Shown: one piece after another, positions 40,997 to 50,300 of the stretch | How the letters are laid out: every line of letters starts with the position of its first letter | Position numbering within the stretch: position 1 is the first letter of the stretch | DNA from: Chthoniobacteraceae bacterium | GTDB taxonomy: Bacteria; Verrucomicrobiota; Verrucomicrobiia; Chthoniobacterales; Chthoniobacteraceae | DNA: 64,000 nucleotides | Reading direction: 5' to 3' | Assembly (NCBI GenBank): GCA_031409655.1 | Contig: JANNXQ010000187.1 | Location: forward strand, 32,001 to 96,000 | Made by a program: the position numbers and the translations under genes | Notes under the pieces: model-generated | What the model was told of the DNA's origin: nothing | The model's database searches: none | The model's input: the letters and a program-made list of their open reading frames with translations, nothing else

Positions 40997-42034
40997 CTAG
41001 AAGCTAATGTTCAGGCTGCTGGTGAGGCGGAAGTCCGTCTCGACTTGATCGCCATTCAACTCCTGCAGCACGGGGAACTGCACGCCGACACTCCACGCGG
41101 CGTGTTCGCTGAAACGCACGCGCAGGCCGGGCGAGAGGAAGAGCACGGTGCCGCCGGTGCTCTCCTCGCGCTCTTCGGAGACTTTGCTTTTCTGCACGGA
41201 GCGCACCGTCGCTTCGCCTTGCAGACTGACTTGCGGGAAGCTCTGCGCGTTGCCGATGAAGCGCCAGCCGAGGGCCATGCCGGCATCGAAACGATTGCCG
41301 AGCCGGTAGTCGTGCTTCTCGCCGCGCACGATGTATTGCGCACTCACATCCACGGCCACGCTCGGCGTGAGCGACTGGGTGTAAGCCGCGCCGAACATCC
41401 CATCCCACGCGCCGCTGCCAGCCGTCGAGGCGGGCTCAACGCGCTCGCCGCCACTGGTGAAGACACGATCGTCACCGACGGGAAATTTCACGCCGCCGAA
41501 GAGCGCGACCTGGCCGAGCGGGCCGCGATAGACACGATACTTCGCGGTGAGCCAGAGGTCCGTCCAGCCATCGGGGTCGAAGGTGTCGAACTGGGGCGCC
41601 TCGGCGGTTTCGGCGGCTTCGTCCGCAGCGGCGTGCTCTGCTTCCGCGTCCTCGTGGGTGTGTGGAGCGGATTCATCCTGCGCTTCTTCTTCTCCTTCTT
41701 CATGCCCGTGCGCGATCTCGCGCGTGCCGTCGGCGGCGTAGTAGCCAAAGGCGAGGCTGAGTTGGAAATTCTCCGTGATCCCGAAGCCGATGCTCAGGGT
41801 GGTGAGGAAGGAGCGGTCGATGAGATCGAAGTGGTCCAGACCGACGAGCGTGTCGGTGCTGGGCGAATCGAATTCGGTCCAGTCGAACTTGAGCGTCGAG
41901 GACCACTGGCGTGCTTTCAGCGTCTCCGCGCTCTCGGTATTCGAGCCGCTGCCGGAGGTGCCGGGGCCGTGGTCAGCGAACGCGATGGTGGTGGCGCAGG
42001 CGGTGAGTAATGCGGAGAGGGTTAGTTTGGTCAT
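40997..42034 (-). CDS. Outer-membrane beta-barrel transporter (MetA-pathway-like) with His/Glu-rich loop
   Basis: Signal peptide; G.KFPVG, GSGAWD, LFLSPGLR; terminal Phe; insert HGHEEGEEE...HTHEDAEAEH. Confidence 0.8.
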   Translation of the reverse strand: MTKLTLSALLTACATTIAFADHGPGTSGSGSNTESAETLKARQWSSTLKFDWTEFDSPSTDTLVGLDHFDLIDRSFLTTLSIGFGITENFQLSLAFGYYAADGTREIAHGHEEGEEEAQDESAPHTHEDAEAEHAAADEAAETAEAPQFDTFDPDGWTDLWLTAKYRVYRGPLGQVALFGGVKFPVGDDRVFTSGGERVEPASTAGSGAWDGMFGAAYTQSLTPSVAVDVSAQYIVRGEKHDYRLGNRFDAGMALGWRFIGNAQSFPQVSLQGEATVRSVQKSKVSEEREESTGGTVLFLSPGLRVRFSEHAAWSVGVQFPVLQELNGDQVETDFRLTSSLNISF

Positions 42035-42056
42035 GGGTCGTGGGTGGGGTTGGTGG

Positions 42057-43157
42057 TTATGGCAAGGCTGCGGTGAATTGAAGGATCTCCCGGCTGCCAT
42101 CGGTGAAGCGCACGAGGAGCGTCACCGTGCCATCGGCAGCGAGGGCGCGGGCGGTGCCGCCGGGATGTGGCGCGGAAGTGGGCAGGGCGATGGTGACTGG
42201 CGTCTTCAGCGCCTGGTCGCTGAGGAAGGGCTGGCCTTCCATGATCAACATCGTGAACACCGGTACGCCTCCGGCGAAGCTCACCCGCCAGACGCCATGG
42301 CCCGAAATGCGGCCAGTGGTGGCTCCTGCGGAAAGGAGGAAGCCGTCGCCGCTGGGGAAAAACCAATTCAGTCGGGTGAAGCGGAAGCCCACCGGGCCGG
42401 GCGCAGTCAGGCCCTCGCGCCACGCGATGCCGAGCGCGGTGCCGCCGCCGGTCGGCACATATTGCGCGAGCAGCGCGACATCGGTGGCCGCGGTGACGCC
42501 GCCCGCACCAGCCACGAGCGTCGCGAGAAAACTCACGAGGCCGGTGCTCGAGACGGCGGGGTCGCCGAAACTCCGGAGCTTCGATTCCACGAGGTCGGGC
42601 GCGGCGCTTCCGGTCCGCGCGAGCACGGTCGTTTCGCCATCGGCGCGCAGGAGGATGGCGCTGTTGCTTGCGGCGCCGATGCCGGGGCCGGCGAAGGATT
42701 CGAGCGTGAGCGTGAGGCGATTGCTCACGAAAGCCCCCGACGGCACGCCCGCGGCGAGAAAGTCTGCAGGCACGCCCTCGCCGCGCCAGCCAGGTTGCGT
42801 GCTGCGGTTCTCAGTGGTGATGCCGGGCGCGAGCACTTCATTGCTCGGCGCATCGGGGAGTAACCACGCACTGCTCCCCGGCGCGCCCAGTGGAGCGAAG
42901 CGCGGATCGTCCGGCACGGTGGTGCGCGTCTGTTCATTCGCGTGCAGGATGACGCGCTCGACGCTCCCCGAAATCGAGCCGGCGATTTCCACCAGCGCAT
43001 CGTTTTGCCGAATCCCGACCAGCCACGGATTGGTGCCAGTGCCGACATGCGCGGCGACGAAGTTGATCGAGAGCTCGATCGCGCCCGCGGAAAGAACGGT
43101 CTGCGCCGACGCGGCGAGCGGCAGCGCGAGCAGTAGGAGGAGCAGGATTCTGCGCAT
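42057..43157 (-). CDS. Secreted protein: TIGR03769-like N-domain fused to a partial repeat domain
   Basis: Signal peptide; VPDDPRFAPLGAPGSSAWLLP...LTLTLESFAGPG; then VLARTGSAAP / AWREGLTAPG repeats. Confidence 0.6.
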   Translation of the reverse strand: MRRILLLLLLALPLAASAQTVLSAGAIELSINFVAAHVGTGTNPWLVGIRQNDALVEIAGSISGSVERVILHANEQTRTTVPDDPRFAPLGAPGSSAWLLPDAPSNEVLAPGITTENRSTQPGWRGEGVPADFLAAGVPSGAFVSNRLTLTLESFAGPGIGAASNSAILLRADGETTVLARTGSAAPDLVESKLRSFGDPAVSSTGLVSFLATLVAGAGGVTAATDVALLAQYVPTGGGTALGIAWREGLTAPGPVGFRFTRLNWFFPSGDGFLLSAGATTGRISGHGVWRVSFAGGVPVFTMLIMEGQPFLSDQALKTPVTIALPTSAPHPGGTARALAADGTVTLLVRFTDGSREILQFTAALP

Positions 43158-43190
43158 GGGATTTAGTGGTGATCGTGCGTGCGACGGGAG

Positions 43191-43257
43191 CCCAAGGAGC
43201 AGGGGCGCCCCCGCCCCGTGTCTGAGCCTTGGGGCGAGGGCGCCCCTACTCCTTGGG
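43191..43257. repeat. REPIN-like element, copy 3
   Basis: CCCAAGGAGCAGGGGCGCCCCCGCCCC ... GGGGCGAGGGCGCCCCTACTCCTTGGG. Confidence 0.8.
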
Positions 43258-43270
43258 TTCGCCGCGCGGT

Positions 43271-44035
43271 TCATTTTTCCGAGACCTCCGACGAAGTACG
43301 CCGACGGCGGAGTGCGAGCGTCCCGAGCCCGGCGAGGAGCATGGCCGCCGTGCCCAGCTCCGGCACCGAGGTGAAGGTGGCGCGATAGCCCTGGCGATCC
43401 GGGTCGGTGGCCGCCGCATTGCTGCCGAGCGCGATGGAATATTGCCCGGCGGGCAGCGTGTAGGTCGCTTCCGCGGAGGTCGCCAAGGAGTTACTCACAC
43501 AGCCGACGTAGGTGAGGTCTTCGGCCCACACGACGGCACCGTCATTGTTCCAGGTGTGATGGTCATTTGCGGTGGCCGGGACGTAACCGAGCGCGGTCGC
43601 CACGTCGGCTGGCATCAGGTCATTGTCCCACCCGCTCCAGATGGTGAAGGAGGGATAGAACGACTCCGTATCCGCGAGATGCAGCGGGTCACCGGAGATG
43701 GGCTGGGAAACATTCGCGTCGCGCTCGAGGCGCAGCGTGAAGGTGGTGGCCGAGGTGAGCGTGAGCGCCACCCAATCCGAGGTGTGCGTCCAGCCCACCG
43801 GATCGTCGCCGACTCCGAAGAGGCTCTGGTCTTCCCAGCTCCACGCGCCAACATGGCGCGAGGCGCTGGCGCTGTCGGTCTCGCCCAGCAAGACCGTCCA
43901 CCGATAGCCGATGCCGCCCACGATGGGGGCGAGTGAGTCACGCGGAGTGACGGTGCCGGCGCGGAGCCCCGTGTTGGTGCTCAGCGCGGCGAGAACTGCG
44001 GTGAGGATGAGGTGGTTTGGTTTTGTTGTTTGCAT
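43271..44035 (-). CDS. CorA/MopE-like putative copper-binding surface protein with PEP-CTERM-like anchor
   Basis: VGAWSW, GWTHTSDWVALTL, YPSFTIWSGWD, DHHTWN; C-terminus VPELG + TM helix + RRRR. Confidence 0.7.
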   Translation of the reverse strand: MQTTKPNHLILTAVLAALSTNTGLRAGTVTPRDSLAPIVGGIGYRWTVLLGETDSASASRHVGAWSWEDQSLFGVGDDPVGWTHTSDWVALTLTSATTFTLRLERDANVSQPISGDPLHLADTESFYPSFTIWSGWDNDLMPADVATALGYVPATANDHHTWNNDGAVVWAEDLTYVGCVSNSLATSAEATYTLPAGQYSIALGSNAAATDPDRQGYRATFTSVPELGTAAMLLAGLGTLALRRRRTSSEVSEK

Positions 44036-44094
44036 GGTGTGTTTTGGGTTTTGGTTAGCGGGGGATTTGGTCGGAGAAATTTGCGGGCGGGCGC

Positions 44095-46680
44095 TCACCA
44101 GGTGCGGCGCAACCGGTAGAAACGCGTGGGGATGGCGGTCATTGGGTCGAGGCATTGCAGCCAGCCGGCGACCTTTGCCCGCGCGGTGGTCACGGGCGTC
44201 CATGGGCCAGCGGGCGATGGCGCGGATTCGAGGGCCCAGCCCGCGGGCGCGGCGGGCCATTGCAGTTGCGCATCGCTGCCGACGCGCGCGATGCCGAGCG
44301 CGGGCAGCGGCTCGTCGCGATCACGCACGCTGTTGCCATCGCGATCGGTAGAAAGGTGCCGGCCTTCGCCTGGCGGTGCGCCGAGGAAGGTGAGCGCATC
44401 GCCCGGGCCCAGCAGCGCGAGGAGTTGCGCGCGGGTGAGCACTGGCTCGCTCGCGGTGTCGGGCTCGTAGCGCTGCGTGCTGCGATGGTAGAAATACGCG
44501 CGCGTTTTTCCCCCGACCACGCCGCGCGCGACGAGCTCGCTGGCCTGCGCCGCAGCCTGCGCTTCCATCTGCGCAAGATCGGTTGCGAAGGCCGCACTGG
44601 TGGCGCTGGTCACGGTGAAGCCGTCGCCCACGCTTGGCTTCGTCTCCGTGGGGAAGCAGAGCACGAAGGCCGTGACATCGGCGAAATCGTTTGGCGATTC
44701 CGAGCCGAGCTCGTCGAGCGCGTAGGGATGCACCGTGGGCAGCGCGTGGCCGCTGCCATCGTGATCGAGCCCAAAGCCGCTCAAGGATTGCTGCCCGGCG
44801 ATCGGTTTGAAAAAGAGGCGCTGGTAGCTGGTGCGCAGCGTCGGGTTCTTGAGTGGCTGCACTGCGCCGACTTCCTGCGGCAGATCGATGTTGTTATTCG
44901 TCCCGCGCGGAATCGTGTGGCAGAAGCTGCAATGATTGTTGTGCCTCGTGAAGAGGTCCGCGCCGCGCACCGCATCGCCGCCGGCGAGTGTGGGCGGCGG
45001 CGTGCCGTCGCGGCGCAGGATCGGATTCGGATGATTGCGCAGCGTGAAGAGATAGGCCGCGAGTGCGTCGATGTCGGGCGTGGCGAGTTCCGCGCCGCCC
45101 ATGAGCTTGTCGAAAGTCGCATTGAAGCTCTGCAAGGTCGCGCGGTCGCCGCGCCAGTGGAACGGCGCGCCGCCGCTCAAGCCGCGCAAAGTCTGCGTGG
45201 TCATCGGGCCTTTCATCGGATGCATCGTGCGCGGCCGCGGCGTGGCATCGTGGACGACGAGATTCGCGCCCATGACGGTTTGCATCTCGCCGCCGGGATC
45301 GCCGAGATCCCACGCGAGCCCGTCGCGATCCGCATCGAGATGGCAGGTCGCGCACGAGCTGAGCCCATTGCCCGAGAGCCGCGCGTCGAAAAGAAACCCG
45401 CGCCCTTCGCGGATCGCCGCAGGCATCGGGTCGTGGCTGGCGAGCGGCACCTCCGCGAGCAGCGTGCCAGCGGCGGTGCCCAGCACGGAGATGGTGCTAC
45501 TGAGCTTATTGAGCACGTAGAGGCGCGGCTGCGTCGGGTGCAGCGCGAGGGCGCGCGGGCCGCGCATCTGGCGTGCGGTCTGGCCGGTCGAGCTTAGCTC
45601 CGTGCGCGCGAGCACCGCGCCCGATGCAGGTTCGATCCGCACGATGCGATCCGAGCCGAAGGCCGCGACCCACGCCGTCGCGCCATCGCTGGAAAAAGTG
45701 AGCGCCGTGGGCTGCGCGAGCGCGGTGCTCTGCGCCGCGGCATTTGGGAGCGTCGCGTAGTCCACGCCCGGATTCAGATCGAAGATCGTCGCCGCACCAT
45801 TGCCCAGCGCGAGCCGGGTGAGCCGATGATCCGCGACATGCCCGCGCAGCACTGGCTCGAAGCGCACGAGATTGCGCGCCTCGGTATTCGCCACCCACAC
45901 GTCGCCGCTCTGCGGATGCAGCGCGACATCGAGCAGATTCGTGCCCGCGCCGGAAAAGTAGCGCGTGACCTGCCCGGTCGAGGCGTTGATCTCCACCACG
46001 TCGCGATCCAGCAGCGTGTAGCCGATGCCCGGATGATTCGCCGCGACGATGAGGCTCGTCTGCGGCGCGGCGGGAAGATTGGGATTGGTCGGCGCCGGCA
46101 GCGCGGGCGCGACGTTTGCCGGGAGGATCGTCGTCCCATTTCCCGAATGCAGAAACGCCGCATAGACCAACGTGCCCGCCGCATTCACCGCCAGCGCACT
46201 CGGTACCAGACCTTGCACCGCGATGGGCGCGAGCTCCTGCCTGGTCGCCACATCGAAGACCCGCACGAGATTATTCCGCGCGCAGGTCACAAAAGCGCGC
46301 CCCGCCGCGAAGACCACATCCGCCGGCTCATCGCTCGCCTTCAAAGTTGCCACCACCGCCCCCGCGCTGAGCGACACGATACTCACGCTGTCGCTCAGTT
46401 CATTGACCACCCACACCTCGTCATTCGTCCGCGCTCGCACCGCCACCGGCTCCAGCCCCACCGGAATCTCCGCGAGCAAGACCGGCTCCACATTCACCGC
46501 ATCCCCCACCGCAAAGACCGAGAGCCGCGCCTCCGCCGAGTGCACCGCGAGCAGCCGCGCGCCATCCGGTGTGAGCGCGATGCCGTGGGTGTGCCGGGCC
46601 TCGGCGTGGGTGAAAATCTGCCCGCAGGCGAGCATTTGCCCCACGAAGAACGTGGCGAGGATGTGAAAAAATTTGGGCAA
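44095..46680 (-). CDS. YVTN-type beta-propeller fused to a di-haem cytochrome c (peroxidase/MauG-like) domain
   Basis: IPVGLEPVAV propeller blades; two CxxCH motifs (CATCH, CSFCH); PFHWRG; C-terminal RFYRL motif. Confidence 0.85.
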   Translation of the reverse strand: MPKFFHILATFFVGQMLACGQIFTHAEARHTHGIALTPDGARLLAVHSAEARLSVFAVGDAVNVEPVLLAEIPVGLEPVAVRARTNDEVWVVNELSDSVSIVSLSAGAVVATLKASDEPADVVFAAGRAFVTCARNNLVRVFDVATRQELAPIAVQGLVPSALAVNAAGTLVYAAFLHSGNGTTILPANVAPALPAPTNPNLPAAPQTSLIVAANHPGIGYTLLDRDVVEINASTGQVTRYFSGAGTNLLDVALHPQSGDVWVANTEARNLVRFEPVLRGHVADHRLTRLALGNGAATIFDLNPGVDYATLPNAAAQSTALAQPTALTFSSDGATAWVAAFGSDRIVRIEPASGAVLARTELSSTGQTARQMRGPRALALHPTQPRLYVLNKLSSTISVLGTAAGTLLAEVPLASHDPMPAAIREGRGFLFDARLSGNGLSSCATCHLDADRDGLAWDLGDPGGEMQTVMGANLVVHDATPRPRTMHPMKGPMTTQTLRGLSGGAPFHWRGDRATLQSFNATFDKLMGGAELATPDIDALAAYLFTLRNHPNPILRRDGTPPPTLAGGDAVRGADLFTRHNNHCSFCHTIPRGTNNNIDLPQEVGAVQPLKNPTLRTSYQRLFFKPIAGQQSLSGFGLDHDGSGHALPTVHPYALDELGSESPNDFADVTAFVLCFPTETKPSVGDGFTVTSATSAAFATDLAQMEAQAAAQASELVARGVVGGKTRAYFYHRSTQRYEPDTASEPVLTRAQLLALLGPGDALTFLGAPPGEGRHLSTDRDGNSVRDRDEPLPALGIARVGSDAQLQWPAAPAGWALESAPSPAGPWTPVTTARAKVAGWLQCLDPMTAIPTRFYRLRRTW

Positions 46681-46931
46681 GGGTGTGAATTTGGAGGTGC
46701 AACATTTCCCGAGAGAAACAGGGCGGTGGAACCGGGTTGGGCTAGGAACATCACCCGGGCAAGGGGCTCGGGGGGTGCGCTTCCCAGGCGCGCGGTGCGG
46801 TCATCCGACCGACCTCTTTGGAAAAAAATCCATGCCGGCTCGCGGGCGCGAGGCAGCCCGGCACGGGCGCAGAGCGGGCGAACGGGCCGCGCGAAGTGCG
46901 CGGCACTCGCGAGAAACGAAGGTTCGCCCGA

Positions 46932-47318
46932 CTAGGCGAGCGGCGGGGGCGTGGGCGGCGCGTCCAGACGCCGTCCTTCTTCCGCCCGGAATCCACTCCA
47001 AGCGATTTCGCCGCTCTCCAGCGGCTGGGCCAGTTCAAAGCGCACCAGCGTCGCGCTCTTGAATTCCATGAGCTTTTTCACCATCGGAGCCGCGGGCGCT
47101 TCCTTCTTCTCCTCTTGCTGCCCGCTGGTGATCGCCGAACACAAGTGACAAGGATGCGCGCCGTCGAAAGTGGTCCGCACGGCTTGCTCCACCCCCACCG
47201 ACTGCGTCCGGGTCACGAGCATTCCCGTCCACGCCGTCATCTGCAAAACCGCCCAGTGAGCGCCGCTCAAATAGAGCGCGCAAACGGCGGTCAGGAGAGT
47301 TCGGCAGGCGCGTTGCAC
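46932..47318 (-). CDS. CxxC/polyproline-tail protein (DUF2946-like leader)
   Basis: N-terminal TM segment (HWAVLQMTAWTGM), FDGAHPCHLC, C-terminal RLDAPPTPPPLA. GTG start is inferred. Confidence 0.7.
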   Translation of the reverse strand: MQRACRTLLTAVCALYLSGAHWAVLQMTAWTGMLVTRTQSVGVEQAVRTTFDGAHPCHLCSAITSGQQEEKKEAPAAPMVKKLMEFKSATLVRFELAQPLESGEIAWSGFRAEEGRRLDAPPTPPPLA

Positions 47319-47391
47319 GCGAGAGCGGTCAGCGATAACGGCACCCGCGTCAACCTTTCGTTCCCGCGCGACCGGGGCCCGCGTGGGCAAC

Positions 47392-50300
47392 TCACGGTGA
47401 TGTGATCCGCAAGCGCACGTAGCGCTGCGCATTCGGACCAGCGGGTAACGTGGCCTTCATTTCCTCCACCCCACCGGCGGTTCCGATGGGACTCTGGCTG
47501 ACCCCGGCCACGCTCCAACTTCCGGCTGCAAGCGTGTCGCTCCATTCCACGATGAAGGTGGACGACGCCACGGCGGCGACGTTGCGGAAGTAAGTAAACT
47601 CGAGCGATGCGCCGTTCTTCACGCAGTTGATCGGGAAGACGCCGGGGACATTCGGTTCACCGTGCAGCGCGAATTCGGCGAAGTTCGTCAGGGCGTCGCG
47701 GTCCGGGTTGGCATTCGGTCCGGCGATGGTCGCGTTGCTCCAGTTCGCGCCGAAGTTCAGCGCCTGCCATTGCTGCCACGCGCTCGCGGCGGTCCACACG
47801 AGATTCACGGCAGTGCCGGTGTGCTGAAGCGAAAACGCGCCCCAGCCACTCGCGCTCCGCCCGGTGCTGTCGGCGGTGAGGGTGCCGAGCGTGAAGGTGC
47901 CGGCAATGCTCGGAGCGATGACTGCGGGCCAGGTGCGGTTCGCGCTCCAGAAGGCGTCGGTGAAATCCACCGTGCTGCCGGGACGGTTGAGAAAGAGGTC
48001 GAGGCGCGCGCCATTCGTCATATTCACGGTCGCGGCGCTCACTTGATCGAAGTCGTTCGCCGCGGCGCTGTTGGTCACGAGTTCCCACTGGAGATGGCTC
48101 GCGCTGCCGTAGCTCACGCTCGAGGCGAAGACCTGCGTCCCCGCGGTGGCGTTGCCGGGGGCGTGATTGCCGTTGATCACCGCGAGGCAGGAGAGCGTGC
48201 CCGCGCCGCCAAAGGTCGTGCCGAGATTTGCGGCCACGCTCGATGCGCCGGTGACGCTGCCATTCACGAGCAGCGTGCCGGCAGTGACGTTGATGCTGCC
48301 GGTGTGCGTCACGGGGCCATTGAGCGACCACGTGCCGGACTCCGATTTGGCGATGCTCACGAGCGCGGTGCCCGGTGCATAATCGCTGATCGACCCGGTG
48401 ACGACTCCGATGCCCGCGCCGCGCAGGCGCAGATTTCGCGAAGTCGTGATGGGCGCGATGTCCCCGGAGATGGTGAGCGCGCCGGCGGCGACGACGATCC
48501 CCGTGTCCCCACCACCGCCGGTGAGGCTGATGTTGCCAGCGATGCTGTTGTCGCCGGCTTCGTTGATGATCGCGCCGGCGCTGTTGTTACTCGTCTGGAA
48601 GGTGAACTCGGGCGGTAGCTCGATATCCGCGCTGCTGCCGTCGAGGCGGAGCTGCGGGTTGCCGTTGGTGCCGTTGTTCACCTTGATGGTCTTCGCGCCT
48701 TCGCCGAGCGCGGCGGCGCTGGTGATGCGCAGCGCGCCGGAGACCACGTTCACGATTCCCGCGAAGCTGTTGTTGCCGGTGAAGACGACGGTGCCGGCGC
48801 TGATCGGGCAGTCGATCATCACGCCGCCGCTGCCGCCGATGTTATTGGCGACGGTGAGGGTGCCGGTACGGTCGAAGCGCAGCGTGCCATCCACGGTCAC
48901 GTCGCCCGCGCCGAGCGTGCCGGTCGCGCCGTCATTGCCGATTTGCAGCGTGCCGGCGGCGATGGTCGTGTCGCCGGTGTAAGTATTGATGCCGCTAAGG
49001 ATGAGGGTGCTGCTGCTGCTCGTGCGCGTGATGCCGCCGGGTCCGCTGAGGTCGCCGCTGAAGAGGAAGCGCCCGCTATTTGTCGCGGTGAAGGTGGTGT
49101 CCGCGCCGAGCATGATCGGCGTGGTGACGTCGTAAGTGATCGTCGAGTTCGTGGCGGTGAGCGCGACGCTGGGATTGAGCGCGCCGTTGTTCAGGAGCTG
49201 GAGCGCGTTGCCGCCGATGGTCACGTTCGTCGCCGCGGTGCTCGTGCCGCCGAGCGCGAGCGTGTTGATCTGGAAGTTCGCGGCGAGGTTGTTGTTCGCC
49301 GCGACGGTGCTGCCGGTGATGGTCTGGCCGGTGAAAAATTGCAACGTGCTGCCGCGGCTGCTTGCGGGCGGCGTGTTGCCGCTCCAGTTCGTATTCGTGC
49401 TCCACGTCTGCGCGCCGTTGCTCGCATTCGTCCAGGTGTAAGTGGCGGGACTCGCGCTGAGCGTGATCGTGCCCATCGCGCTGAGTCCGCCGAAGTGCCG
49501 CACGGTCATGCCGCCGGCGAGATTTCCGATCTCCGTGGCGCTGAGGTCATCGGAGAAAACCGCGAGTTCATCGAGCTGCCCATCGAACCAGCGCGGCACA
49601 AACGCCGCGGTGATGTCGGTGTGCCCGCCGAAGATCAGCGGCGCGGTCTGGTTCGTCGCGAGCGCGAAGCTGTTGTCGCTGCCCACGAGCACGCCATCCA
49701 GATACACGCTCAGCACGGTGCCGCTGCGCACCACGGCAAAGTGCCGCCACGCACCGGGCGGCACCGTACTCACGGTGAAGTCCACATCGGGACCAGGATA
49801 GTGGTGCAGAGTCAGTTGGTTCGCGCCGCGCGCGAACAGGTAGAACTCCTCCGCGGTGCCGAATCCATCACCCGCGTTCAGGTGGAAAATCATGTCGTCG
49901 CTGCCGGCGTCGCGGCGTTTGAACCAGCCGGCGATCGTCCAGTCCGACGTGTTGAAGTTTAGCTCCGCGGTTGAGATCGTGCGGCTGAGTCGGGCGGCGT
50001 TCGCGCCGCCATTCTCCGCGAGATCGAGCGCGCGTCCGGCTCGACCGAGCGCGGCGGGCACATCGCTCACGAGCGTCGCCGTGCCGGTGCCGATCGCGTC
50101 GAGCGTGCCGCTGCGGCCGTGATCAGACGCGTCCGAGATTTCCGATGCCACGGTCGCGTCCGGCAGCTCGAAGTCATAGGCGACCACCGCGCGCGGATCG
50201 GGCGTGGTGTCCGTGGCGGTGAATTGGAATGCGGGCAAGCCGGAATAGCCGGGCGTCGGCGTGAAACGCGCGGTGTGGCCATCGGGCAGCAGGATCACCG

